Assembly (NCBI GenBank): GCA_951406725.2
Contig: OX597819.1
Span: 20,460,001 to 20,524,000 of the forward strand
Origin: Octopus vulgaris
Lineage: Eukaryota
DNA length: 64,000 nucleotides
Reading direction: 5' to 3'
The notes under the pieces were generated by a model, which was given only the letters and a program-made list of their open reading frames with translations, was not told the DNA's origin and ran no database searches. Each line of letters begins with the position of its first letter. The stretch's first letter is position 1. The translations under genes were made by a program, and so were the position numbers. This document shows, in pieces, positions 28,497 through 41,606 of the stretch.

Positions 28497-30111
28497 ATAC
28501 TAATACTACTACTATTACTGCTGCTGCTGCGGTTGCTGATGATGATGACGACGACTACGACGGGGAAGAAGATGAGGATGAGGGTGACGACGATGACGAT
28601 GATGATGATGTTAAGCTATCCTTTTTAAGTATTATACTCTGTATTTCGCAATCTCTATTGAATCTAGCTGGCGAATAATGGTTTTTATTAGTGATCGACA
28701 ATACCGTTTTTCTTTCCGATAGTAAATCTTCCATCATAGAGACATAAGAGTTTCCATGCTAAAAGCTGCAACATTAGAAAGCATTCTTTTTCAAGTTGTC
28801 TCTTCTATAGAACTGAACCAAATCTAATCCAAAAGAAATCTATGTTTTTAAGAATGTATAAATGTAAATAGTTTCCATCTCACCTTAAACAAAGAATTAT
28901 TGGTGATTGTTTCTCTTTGGCTTTGTTTTACTCATGTTTTTGTATTGTTGTTGTAGGGTTTTAGCTTTCGTTTTTGCTTTACGCGTTGTTTCCTCTGTTA
29001 GATGTCTCTTCTTTCGTTATAATCCCAACTAAAATAAGATTTGAAATAAATCGAAAAGCAAACGCAAACAGTTCTCAGCAACATTTGGCTAACATCACTG
29101 AAATATTTTTGCTTTCTAGTGCAACGTATTTTTTCTTGAGTTAGATGTTTTCGAAAAACGATTTTACCAAGTGAATTGTCCGAAAATACTTGCGAGAGTA
29201 ATGTCAATTATTTCTTAACTGAGTATTGAAATATCTTATCAAAATATTTGGAACTTTCTTTTCTTGCTCTTAGTTTTATTCATTGGGCAGCGCGTTGATG
29301 TTTCTGTTTAACTCATCTTTTCCAGTATATATTATAAGTCAAGATGCATATTTTCATAGGATATTTTGGTGCACATTTAGCTTGCACTGACGTAAAATAA
29401 TCTACATGCATGCATAAATAATTATATAAATAGATAGATATATACACACTTACATAATTACATTACACATACTTGCCCAAGCGGAAGCGAACGTACAATC
29501 AAAAGTCCTGGAAAAAGAGAACAATTATGGCGAATTAAGTGGAAGTTGCAGCTCTTGCACACTCACTATGAATTCTCATTTGTACCAATCATTATCGGTG
29601 CATTAGTTTATGTCCCAACATATTTGCACGAAAGCCAATAGATATTCGGTTTCAAGGAGAAAGTGCAAAAGAAACTGAGACATATTCTTCAAATCGAATC
29701 TATGAGTATTACAGTGAAGATTTGGAAGTCATCTGGAAGATATTCTGAGATTCTTATGTGAATACATGTACACAGTTTGGGGTTGGCATGAATAGTTCAG
29801 ACAGCACACAATCTCGACCACATATTTAGAAAATACCTAGGATGCAGTGTCAAAACTATTGTGATATACTTTACAATATATTTTGCTGAGAGAGTTAAAA
29901 TTTCTATCATGAAAGGATATCAAATTAACCTGTACTAAATATTCTATTTATATCCTTCACTTTATTGAAATCTATGAATTGTCTCATTTATAAACAATTA
30001 TATTTTATGTACAATAATAAGCTACGCAAAAAAGAAAACAAAAATAGTGAAGTGACAGAAGAACGTGTGTCAACAGTGTGAGAATTGCTACAGTTGCTAT
30101 TGCAATGACTA

Positions 30112-30320
30112 ACGTGGTGGGCCGGCAGAATTGTTTGCCCGTCGAACAAGAATTCATATACGGTCTTCTTCCGGCTCTTTACGTTCTGTGTTCGAATCAC
30201 ACCATCAAAATTTCCTTTCGATGTTTCAGCTTTGAAGCATCGATTATAATTTTGAGTACTAGGGTCGATGTAGTTAACTTACATCTCACCTCAAAATTGT
30301 TGGCCTTTATCCGAAAATTA
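30112..30320 (+). mobile_element. Degraded Nin-like SINE
   Basis: GGTGGGCCGGCAGAATTG...TACGTTCTGTGTTCGAATC...GAGTACTAGGGTCGATG, similar to the same family. Confidence 0.5.
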
Positions 30321-31804
30321 GAAATAGAATTATGACAACAGCTTTTCTCAGTCAAGTTTACAGCATTAATATTGCATTAGAAAAAAAGTTAACATATATA
30401 ATGGATGTGATACTAAAATAATGTCTAAGTAATTTCGTGAAGCGGGGAAACCATATCAGAGAACGACGACTATTGCTTTCTTTACACTAGCAAGTGCGAT
30501 ACTAATCTCCAGACAAGATGCTGACTTATACGGCAGCGGATTTACTGTAATTAGTAAATTAGTATTGAGTAAATATCTGACTTAATTATAAAAGATTGTA
30601 TGTTTATCCTGAAATACATACATACATATATGTGTATGTATGTATATGTATATATGTGTGTATGAATGTATGGAAATAAAATAATCCACTTGAAATGCAA
30701 CTTATGTTATTGTTAACAAATGTAATTATATAATTTAAATAACATTAACAAAAGTAAAATTTAAAATATGCATTATATTATAGAAATAATTACAAACAGA
30801 AGCATTTAAATGGATTGACGAGAAAGTAATATATATCAATGGCGAATATATTATCATCTTCAGTGGTATATCAAATGCAACTATTTTGAGCAGATGACCC
30901 GAACGTGTAACCTCTTTGATCGCTGATCGATTCATTATTTATCTGGGAGTATAGGGTATATTCAATTGTCAACCATGTGACTCTTATCTCAAAAAGATTT
31001 GTACGAATACTGATCGGCAATCCCTCATAGTTTCTACTTGGACTGAAAAATGCGCCCGGGCCACCTCCTACAATGCACACACACACACAGAATGGACCGA
31101 TTATTGCTGGTATTTAAGCGACAGTTATTCGATGATATGTATTTTTATAGAGATTTACAAACTCATACCCCTCAGCAATGGGAGCAGAGTACGAAGAAAG
31201 TACTAAAGCGCCTGATACTGGGGAATTGTGCAGATTAATGTATTCTCTTCAGGAAAAGGCAGACAAAGATAAGAAAATACTGGCTGAAGAGTCTTGGTTT
31301 ATGGGGACAGCGAGTTTGGTGTCAACGAATTTACTATTCGTTTCATTTACAAACTGTTTTTTTCAGTTTTACTCATATGAGGTAGCTATTATCAGACTCG
31401 GCAATTAACAGTGTTTTTATTGTGAAACCATCACTAGATGTATCAATCAGGTGATAGGGAGGTTCCAACCACTTCCTTTCAGTATTATTATTATCAGCAC
31501 TGATTCTATTATGTTCATATCTTTTTACTAACTGTCATTTATATATTTCTTCTGATCGACATAAGTTCTGTTTGTCATTAACACTTTCGTGTTAGTACTA
31601 GGTTAAGAGTCTTATTTATTAGCGAACACAATTTCATAGAGCACTGCTTCTATAATTATATACAAAGAAATGTAGTCAAAAAGGACAAAGATACAACCCA
31701 AAAACTAATAACCACCCTTATTTTTCCTTGGGTTGTATATGTTTCTTTAATATAGTGGGAGTAGTTTCTATGTACAGCTGTTCAAACAAAAAACAACAGC
31801 GATA

Positions 31805-32005
<201 letters not shown>

Positions 32006-33219
32006 GCATCATCATCATCCTCATCATTAACGTTATTAATATTAATATTATTATTATTATTATTATTACAATTACTATTATTATTCCTTATGCTATGTTT
32101 CTCATTTCAGTTTAGTGTTATCTCTTATAAATCTAACAGTCATTCCTACTGAAAGCACTTTTACGCCATTAAGCATTATATATAGACATATGTGTCTGCA
32201 TATGCGTATATATCCATGTATGTAGGAATATATTCGTATATATATGTACATCACACCCTCTTCTGCATTTTGTATTAAGTTATCTCCATGTTATTGATGT
32301 ATGCCATTTCTGCGTAAATGTTGCAGGGATGCTTCACAAGTCTTATATATGGAGATTAAGGAAGCATAAAAAATGCTTTCGAAGCGAGGGAATCTTCAAC
32401 GCATACAAGGGCCCGGGAACAGGGAGTGCAGCGGGTGCACCCGCACCCCTTGGAATTATCAGGTGGTGCAAGATCAAAATTTGCACCCCTTACATAATTT
32501 TACCAGTTTCAGAAAATAGTGTCTAAAAAATTATCTGTATAAGATGCTTGGGGCTAGATTTCGTTTCAAAGCAAAAAGAAAGAACAAAAATAAATAAATA
32601 AAAATGATGAAGCTGAGCTTTCGTGACTTTCGGAAACAATTTTTCAGGCTTAGAATTGCAGAAGCATGGAATAAACCACCTGCATCAGTTTTTAGCTGTC
32701 AAGATAATACATCCTTCAAAACTTCCATGTGTTCTGAAATCCGCCAACAGTACAGCTGATGGCCATTTTTTTCCTTTTTAGTTGTAGTTCACCCGAGCAC
32801 TGTATACAACAATTTCCTTTATCATTATATCTGTGTGTTTGTTGACTTTCTGTGCAGTATTTTAGGTCTGTTGGTCATAGTAATATCACACACTCACTTC
32901 TGTTCCCATTCAGTGGTACCCTACGCAGTGTTCAATATTTGGTGCAATACTGTCTCTCTTTTCTATCTATTTATCTGTCCTTCTCTCCCCTCTATCTATC
33001 TGCTGCTTTTCTCTCTTTACTGTCTTCCATTTCTTCCGCTGTCCATCTCTGTCAACTACCTACTGTCAATCTTTATTCTCTTATTTCTCCGCACTCTCTC
33101 TTTCTTCCTACTTACTCTTCCCTAACCTTCACTACTCTCTTTCTTCACTTTTCTGGTACCAAAAGACAATCCAATTTTTGTCACACATCGTTTTTCTACT
33201 TGACCAGTGCATAGGTAAG

Positions 33220-33410
33220 ACATCATCGTTTAATGTCCATTTCCATGCTAGAATGGGTTGAATGGTTCGACTGTGGCCGGGGAAGTCAGGAGGCTGCACC
33301 AGGCTCCAGTCTGATCTGGCAGTGTTTCTACAGCTGGATGCCCTTCCTAACGCCAACCACTCTGAGATTGTAGTGGGTGCTGTTTTTACGTGCCACCGGC
33401 ACAGGGGCCA
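33220..33410 (-). mobile_element. SINE 3' fragment
   Basis: Minus strand GGTTGGCGTTAGGAAGGGCATCCAGCTGTAGAAAC ending in GATGATG, a motif recognised from invertebrate SINE bodies. Confidence 0.6.
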
Positions 33411-33739
33411 ATTTCCTGCCTAGTACTCATTTCAGATCCCCAATTTATCTTTTCACTTTTCATTCTTTTCTTTCCTTCTAACTTCCTTCCCTCTACCCCA
33501 TCTCCCTATCCTTCTCCTGAGCCTTCTCATTGTACCTTTGGAAGGAACACAAGCACCACTATTTTCTTCCTTTTTTTTTGTTAGTTTTTGTCATGTAGTG
33601 TCCCACATTTTGAAATACTTGCAATTTGTATTTTTACTGCTTATTTTAGCTCTGCTTGATACATTTCCAAAATGAAACATTTTAATATGCAAAATATACT
33701 TCACATTATTATATATACTATGTATTAATGCAAAAAATA

Positions 33740-34233
33740 TTGTGTTTATTGGCTATCTTCAAAATGATCACACCATCAATGGAAAATTTCAATACCAACT
33801 TCCGAAGGCAGTTATGAAAGGCTATCAAGACCAAACACTCAGAAAAACTGATGAGTGGGGTCTTGTTTCATTAGGACAATGCTTCAGCACACAAGTCTTT
33901 AGTTTCAATGGCTGCTGTATGTGACTGGCTTTGAACTGGTTGATCATCCTCCCTAAGTTAGAGATTTGGTTCCTTCTGGTTATCATCTGTTTCCCAACAT
34001 AGACAAAACACTCAGCTAAGTACCAGTATCACTATGATGAGAACATCTTATATGTTGATGATGACCATTTTGATCAACAGAAAAGCTTCTTCACCAGTGC
34101 GACCCAAGCACTTTAACTACTAATGGAAGTGTGTGGACAGTAAGAGGAACTATGTTAGAAAATGAACTTCATTTGGTCACATTCCATTGAGAGTGTCTTG
34201 CTCAGATTATGAACATTTCAGGCGACCCTCATA
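33740..34233 (+). mobile_element. mariner transposase C-terminal relic with right TIR
   Basis: Translates VFIGYLQNDHTING, VDHPP*VRDLVPSGYHLFPN (cf. HPPYSPDLAPSDYHLF), a KCVD..YV-like end, then TTCAGGCGACCCTCATA. Confidence 0.8.
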
Positions 34234-34610
34234 ATAATAAAAATTATTATACCTGCATTTGTTTTAATGTTAACGTTGGAAAAATCCACATTTTTCATTC
34301 AAAAAATTAGGACCTGGGTTTGCACCCCCTTAGCAAATTTTGTTGCTGGGTAACTGAACGCATGGTGTCGCTAGTGTTTGAAGGTAAAACGTAGGAATTA
34401 TAAGATGAAATTAGGACAGGCATAGTTTCGATTTCGTGAAAAGTGGAGGTGTATTAAAGGTGATAGAATGCATGAGAAGAAAAATGCAAATATGCAACTC
34501 TCATATGAAGCATATAAGAGAAACGTGTGGCAATGAAATGGTAAGTAACTTACTGGATGTAGGATCACTTATGCGTAGGATAACTACCTACCTACATATA
34601 TATATATATA

Positions 34611-34645
<35 letters not shown>

Positions 34646-34784
34646 CATGCATAATTTAAAATGTACATAAATGTAAGCACACACATATATATTTATATAT
34701 ATATACATATATACGTATGTATATATATATAATTGTATAACCAGGTATGTGCAATATAAAACCACTATGGGAAATTTAATCGTC

Positions 34785-34868
<84 letters not shown>

Positions 34869-35109
34869 CAATATCAAATGTCTTTTCATAAAATTATTTT
34901 CGCATTATCTCCATTGACTTTTGCCATATACATATATGTGTGTGTGTGTGTATATGCACGGTTGAAGTGACCTGTCCAAGGGTAGAAACTCCGGGTCCAT
35001 TTTCAGAAATTTGTGTGTTATATATGAATAAATGAAAGAATGCAGTCGAACGAAGATGTTAACAAAATTCCTTTACTTTCGACATATGTTTCGACATATG
35101 TTTCTGGGA

Positions 35110-35484
35110 AAGACTGAGAATTCTATTTGTCAGTGTAGAATCTCCTCTGGTAGTGATGTCTTCTTCTATATAGGAGCGTCCTCTTCCCAGTTCTCCAAGA
35201 GAATTTCAAACCATTATTCAACATTCAGGGATAGTAAAAAACGACATAGTACAGGGCTAAATAAATTAGTTTGGCGTCTTAAAGACAATAATATAGTTTT
35301 CAAGTTAGATTGGTTCATACTGTCTGTATCCTTTCCTTTTGATAAGGGCATGAGATTTTGTAACATTTGCAACTCTGAGCTCTTCCATATCCTCTTCTCT
35401 AAGGTTCCCCTTGTAAAGACACTCATAGAGAAATCGTATAAATGTAAGCACTGGCAGAAACATACTTTTCACTCTTACAAATGA
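35110..35484 (+). pseudogene. PLE GIY-YIG endonuclease C-terminal domain
   Basis: FYIG..SQFSKRISNHYSTF...TGLNKLVWRLKD...W.IL...CNICNSE...IL...KCKH matches the PLE EN pattern YIG/R..NH/LSK.IW.LK/C.LC..E/CRH. Confidence 0.85.
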
Positions 35485-35759
35485 TTACGATAGGCATCGT
35501 GTTTTGAACAATTAGCTTAACGTGCACTCCGCTTCAATAGCGAAATTTTTTCCTAAACCTTTGAACATTCTTAATCAACGTACCCTTTCCTTTCCACTGG
35601 TTCCCTACCTATCATTCCTTTAACCCTTCTCCTCCTACTATCTAACTTTGACGTTAAATCTTCTAACGGTTTTTTTAAGAATTCACTTACTGTCGTTTTG
35701 TTTACCATGTAGGCGGTCATCGAAATGTTTGTTTGTCATTGCCGAGAGAGGCTCCCTTT

Positions 35760-35841
35760 CTTTCCTGATGAGAAGATTACATCATACACCCTTTATTCCT
35801 TTGGAATGAAACCATGTGTTCTTCGAAACATATGTCGAAAG
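35760..35841 (+). ncRNA. Type I hammerhead ribozyme with canonical core
   Basis: Stem I CTTTC/GAAAG, CTGATGA (35765-71), stem II GAAGA/TCTTC with long insert, GAAA, palindromic stem III ACATATGT, GTC cleavage triplet ending at 35836. Confidence 0.85.
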
Positions 35842-35883
35842 TAAAGGAATTTTGTAAACATCTTCGTTCGACTCCATTCTTTC

Positions 35884-35916
<33 letters not shown>

Positions 35917-35920
<4 letters not shown>

Positions 35921-36121
35921 TAATCCAAACAAGAAAACACAAAAAAACACAACAACGCGAGGACGTGGAACAAATAAAGTATTATTGGACGCTCACGAAA
36001 GAAGGGAAGAAGGGGGTTAAAACGTTTCGAACGGAGCTCTTCGTCGGAAACATAGGAGAAAGAAAAATCCCGAGAAGGGAAGACAGAGGGAAAAAATCGC
36101 CAGCGGTACTCACGAGGTCAC
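35917..36121 (-). mobile_element. Solo PLE pseudo-LTR with hammerhead relic (family B)
   Basis: Minus strand CCGACGA-A-GAGC-TCC-GTTC-GAAA-CGTT at 36021-36047. Paralogue of 37955-38158. (TA)n flanks. Confidence 0.7.
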
Positions 36122-36189
36122 ATATTGATATATATATATGTTTGTATATGTATACACATATGCATATGTGTGTGTATATATGTATATAT

Positions 36190-36286
36190 AAAAAGACTTT
36201 TTCTATTCCTGAGCGTTATACTAATACATCTGTTTGTTTTGTACACCACCTGTCTTCGTCTTTTGTTTATTTCGTAAACTCTCCCT
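36190..36286 (+). mobile_element. 3' half of family A pLTR
   Basis: TTCTATTCCTGAGCGTTATACTAATACATCTGTTTGT...CGTAAACTC nearly identical to 21930-22014; between TA arrays. Confidence 0.75.
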
Positions 36287-37833
36287 ATATATATATATAT
36301 ATATATATATACCTAGAAGAGAACAAGGCGTACGTTTCGCCGCAATAATATATGTATAAAAATATATATATAAAAATACAAAATGGGACAAGAAAGCAAA
36401 AACAATGCGAAGCGCATTGTGACCAGCGATGTGTAGCAACATCTGATAGATATATATACATGTATTTATGTATGTAAGTATGCATGTATGTATGAATACG
36501 CAGATACCTAAAACATACAGACACATATGATTTATACGTTACTCTTCTTATCATGAATTCCAAAGGCATAAAGAAAAAAATCATTAACAGATGTAGAAGA
36601 AGAGAAAGCAGTCACTACAGCACGAAGTGTAACTTGTACGTTTAGTAGAATTTCTCGACATATCTTCATGTTCAACATTTCTTCAATTTTAATTTATCAA
36701 CATTTCTTAACTTTCTATAAAAACGACACAGGTAACCAAGGAAACAAGTGCTATTGCAACACAAATTTTTTCTTGAAGGAATACATAATTTTCCACTAAT
36801 AGTGGAAATAACTAACAAATCTACTCTAATAATAACAATGTATATCATAATATTACCTCCATTATTTTTACTTACTATTTCACAATCTGACAATTTACCA
36901 ATTCAATTTTTTTTTCTTTTTCATATATAATTTCTTCACTTATCCCCATCAAGCCTCTGACGTATGCTTTCAGAAAACAATTGCAATTAACCATTCTTTC
37001 TTCGCTCAAGAATATTTAAAATAATAATAAGATCCTCTTCAGTTTCTTTAATATTTACTTTCTATTCACAAAACACCTTCATAAATAATAATTTTTAATT
37101 TTCCATGAAATTCATTCAATGCTTCCATTAAGCATTCCCTTTTTGAACCGTCAGAACCATTTAACAATGAAAATGTTTCCTTTTTAGTTTCAATGGTAAA
37201 TTTAGAAAAACGTGCTCACACAAAACGCTGAAAGTTCCTCACGCATTTCATTTATTTTTTATTTTATTTTATTATTTATTTTGGATTGGCAAAAACTATT
37301 ATGTGTAGAAATAAAATAATAGCGACGGAGTCAGTACTATTACCAAGTGTTAATTTCTATATATCCAAAGTAACATCGTTTCAGAACACTGAATACTGTG
37401 TTTTTAATAATTATTAATATTATGAGCACAATTATAGAGGCACCAGAGTTCTCACATCACGTGATTTCGCAGTATAGGAATTCACGAGTGGGAAGTACAG
37501 TGGGACCACATGCCAATCATATCTCGCTGTTGTGATACAGAGGACACCAGAAACGTTACGGGCACTGATGTCGCAAATTGCCTGCCGAATCCTTAATTAA
37601 TAGCTACGGAAGCAGTATTAGTATCGAAAGCGAACATTTATATCCAACTGAATATGGGTGTCCGGTTAGATCATGAAATACAGCGTCACGCGTATATTGT
37701 AGCAGACGACACACGGTCAAAGTGTGTGTTTTCACGTACCAATCGCCTATAAGTGTATAGTCACAAATACTTTAGGTGTATGCTGTATATGACCTTCTTT
37801 CCAAATAAATCAGCATTAATATATACGTGTGTG

Positions 37834-37922
<89 letters not shown>

Positions 37923-37954
37923 CGTAAGTCTGTAGGTATTTATGTATATGCACA

Positions 37955-38155
37955 TGTGGATCGTTGTCGATTTTTTCCCTCGATCTTCCTTCTCTTGGAC
38001 TTCCTCCCGTGTCCTGTTTCTGATGAAAAGCTTTGTTCGAAACGTAACAATACCTTTCGCTCTTTCTCTGAGCATCCGCTAATACTTTACATGTACCACG
38101 AACTCGCGTTGTTGTTTTTCTTGAGTTTTTTCTTAGTTTTTTTGTGGGGGGGGGG

Positions 38156-38158
<3 letters not shown>
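37955..38158 (+). mobile_element. Solo PLE pseudo-LTR with hammerhead (family B)
   Basis: CTGATGA-A-AAGC-TTT-GTTC-GAAA-CGTA at 38020-38046, followed by (TA)n. Confidence 0.72.
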
Positions 38159-38230
<72 letters not shown>

Positions 38231-38231
<1 letters not shown>

Positions 38232-39783
38232 CTCAAAATAAGCAACAAGGATATCCAGAGAAAATGGACTAATTGTTTCAAGCAACTCCATTTAATTGAA
38301 CAATGCAATCATTACATCAATTTATATGCAGAGCAATCCTCAGCTGCATAAAGATACAGAATTTAATTAAAACAGATGGACACATTTGTATAGTTTTACC
38401 TAAAATCTCCAAGAAGGTAAAGGGACAGACAAAGAACATGCTGCCTTTACTTCAGTTTAGCAGCGGCTAAGGTATCAGGAAAAAATATTGTTACAGATTT
38501 TGCTTGTCACTGTTTTATGTGGTCAGTTTTAATTTATAGACTGGTTTATCAATCTTTGTATATCTAAGGCCAACAGAACAAGGAACAATGCCTGTTAGGA
38601 AGGGGGCCGAAGGAGTCGACAGAAATCATAGTGGGTATTGTCATAAAAAAACATCAAGATTTATTTAAGTCAATATAATGAGATTAGGTAAGGGAAATCT
38701 TAAATCAAGAAGTTAGGTGACAATTAAAAGGGCAAGCCACAAGGAGAACATTGATAATGAAACAGGGGAAATTTTATCATGGGGTACTATAGTTAAATAT
38801 TGTAAACAATATTGCCATATTGTATAGAGTTAAAATTTAGTGTTATTCAGTAAATTATTAAGAAGAACATTATAACAAAGGATTAAAAGGTTTTTTGAAT
38901 ACTTTTGAGTATATACCAAACTTTTACCACAATAAAAGGAGGAAAAGAAATTATCAAGAAATAGTTTAATAGTTATACATATAATATACTTATATGCGAA
39001 TTTATTAGGTGGTGTCTGTGAAGATTGATCAATTGGTATTTACTGGTATTTAAAAAAGGTTTACTGAGTCAAAAGAACATGCTAACTATATATTAATTAA
39101 TTTATAATCTAAGCAGTTTAATTTAAATAATGAATATACCAGTTTTGTTTTATATAAGCTACGTATGAATTTATAGGGGTACAGAAATTAGATTTATTTT
39201 ATGAATAAGTCTAATCTAATCTAATAAATCTAAACTGGTCGGTAAATTATACTAAAATACAATATATCTACTAAATTACGATATATTAAAAAAAAAACAT
39301 CTGCATAAATATACTGAGCAGAAGGAATGTTCGGTAAAATCACGAAGTCGAATATCGTTGTTTCTTCGATCACGAAATTACACCTCGTGCTTACGGGAAC
39401 TTCACCCACGTTCTTACGGAAAAGTAGGCAAACATTTCTAAGATCTACCACAACGCACAAGTATATCTTTTAAGAAAAACTCAAGATAAGATAAGTATAC
39501 GTGTATTTTCTATAATTAAATTAACGAAAGGTCCCGAAAGAAAATTATAAGTTATCGAGTTTTTGTTTCTAACCTATGCGACGACATTTTTTTTTCTTCT
39601 TTTCACTTCATTGTTTAAATATTTTTTTTCTTTCTAACGATGTCTGATAAATACTGGCTTTCTCTTTCTGCTAACCTGTTCTTTTTCAGTTATAAGTTAG
39701 GCATAGGTTTTTTTTTTTCTATTTTTCTATTCGAATAATTCATTTTTCTTGCTGGAGCTTAAAGAACAAAAAGAAACTAGGCT

Positions 39784-39786
<3 letters not shown>
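38231..39786 (-). mobile_element. Highly decayed Penelope-like element (RT relic and HHR-like 3' end)
   Basis: Minus strand gives LIHK...VPL (~39180-39225, cf. PKIHK..PLRPI) and CSFDSVNLF (~39055-39085, cf. SFDV.SLF). CTGAGGA...GAAACAATTAGTC at 38261-38350. Bounded by (TA)n on both sides. Confidence 0.55.
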
Positions 39787-39838
<52 letters not shown>

Positions 39839-40194
39839 TAGAACTTTCTTTTCTTTTCGTCTCTTTGCTCTTATTTACAAATATATTTAAATCTTCACAC
39901 ACACACACACACTAGCGATACCTCCTCTCTCTCTCTCTATTGCTCTCTCTCACTCTCTCTCACTCTCTCTTTATACTATAATCAACGTGCTTCTCTACCC
40001 TTTTCTTTCACCTTCTCAAAATATATATCCTTTTCCCACTCATTCATTTAACTCTCTCTCTGTACCACACAAATATTATCTAATCTCTCTCATTCCAACT
40101 CACGCCCCGCTCCTATCTCCATCCATATATACCTACAAACCAATCGCCCACGGTTACTTTCCATTTTCTCACACAGCAGCTGCAGCACTTTGAC

Positions 40195-40356
40195 TGGGTA
40201 CTGAACAGCTAAACCAGTCAGCTATAGAAAGGATATACTTCGACTTTGCCAAGGCCTTCCACAAGCTTGATCATGACATGGTATGTTACAAACCACGAAA
40301 CTTTGGTATAACTGGGAAACTACGAGAGTGGTTCTATGATTTTCTTCAGAACAGCG
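40195..40356 (+). mobile_element. CR1-like LINE RT fragment
   Basis: IYFDFAKAFHKLDHDMVCYKPRNFGITGKLREWFYDFLQN. Confidence 0.85.
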
Positions 40357-40461
40357 TTTGACTTTAATTGAGACAGTGAAGGTTCATAAGCTGTAAGGAA
40401 GTTATATTTAATTATTCTTAAATTTTGTACGACACTGTGAATAAATTTTGTACGACACTGT

Positions 40462-40797
40462 GAAGGCGCATGGCTCAGTGGTTAGAGCGCCGAGCTTACG
40501 ATCCTGAGGTTGTGAGCTCGAATCCCGGACCGGGCTGCGTGTTGTGTTCTTGAGCAAGACACTTTATTTCACGTTGCTCCAGTTCACTCAGCTGTAGAAA
40601 TGAGTTGCGACGTCACTGGTGCCAAGCTGTATCGACCTTTGTCTTTCCCTTGGATAACACTGGTTGCGTGGAGAGGGGAGGCTGGTATGCATGGGCGACT
40701 GCTGCTCTTCCATAAACAACCTCGCCCGGACTTGTGTCTAGGAGGGTAACTTTCTAGGTGCAATCCCATGGTCTGTGTCGTGACCGAAGGGGGTCTC
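40462..40797 (+). mobile_element. tRNA-derived CORE-like SINE, apparently full length
   Basis: GGCGCATGGCTCAGTGGTTAGAGCG (A box), GCTCGAATCCC (B box), GTGTTCTTGAGCAAGACACTTT...CTCAGCTGTAGAAATGAG (CORE-like). Confidence 0.9.
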
Positions 40798-41501
40798 CGG
40801 ATTCATTGAATTACATCACCGATTAATCGAAGACTTGCAAATTAACCTGATCATTTCAGCTGGTATCAGGTTTCAGACTACTTTAAATAGCATATACATT
40901 ACTACTATCATTTAAGAACTGACCAACTAAGCATCAGACATTATACTGTAGAATCATTTTCAATAGGAGTGAAAAATAAAATAACAAAGATTATTTTGAA
41001 CAATATTTGCCTTATATACATTTACGCACCTTTTATTTTCAACTATAAATTTGTTTTCACAAAATGTGTGCACGTGTGTCAGTGTGAGGTGTTTGTCTGA
41101 GTGTCTACGAGTGTTTGTGTGAATGTTGAAAAGCTTTCCAACTGACAAATTATATTGAAAGTACATATATACACCGAAACGTTATAGAAACAGTTTTAAA
41201 AGGAGGAAATGTCTACGTATTCAATCAGGTTCCCAGAATTGTATGTATGAATGTTTAATAAAATTTCATAATTTTCTATAAATTAATATTGTTGTCTGCA
41301 ACACGGGAAATTACGAATTAAACATTTAACGTTCTACAATTAAAACAAATGATAATAATGATAATAACACTATGTTATTAATAATAACATGATCAATAAA
41401 AAAAAGTGTCACTTTAGTCTGCTGGCTGTGGTCAGTTGACACTTTCCATCATACCGATCAATATAAACTGTGAGTTATCATATAACGATGATAATATTAA
41501 T

Positions 41502-41502
<1 letters not shown>

Positions 41503-41596
<94 letters not shown>

Positions 41597-41606
41597 TAAT
41601 AATAAT
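41503..41606. repeat. (TAA)n microsatellite
   Basis: Direct inspection. Confidence 0.97.

Larger units (their letters stand above)
32406..34356. mobile_element. Non-autonomous hAT-like DNA transposon with nested insertions
   Basis: Termini CAAGGGCCCGGGAAC and GTTGCTGGGTAACTG form a decayed TIR, with subterminal GCACCCC motifs at both ends. Flanks AACGCATA (32398-32405) and AACGCATG (34357-34364) give an 8-bp TSD with 1 mismatch. Confidence 0.7.
35029..35888 (+). mobile_element. 5'-truncated Penelope-like element: inverted pLTR fragment, GIY-YIG endonuclease, 3' pLTR
   Basis: 35029-35094 is the near-exact reverse complement of 35823-35888. The GIY-YIG ORF lies between them, and TA repeats flank both sides. 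Confidence 0.9.

Noticed and set aside
40465-40535. tRNA-like sequence with A and B boxes
   Set aside because: It is the head of a SINE continuing into a CORE-like body; same for 5990-6057.
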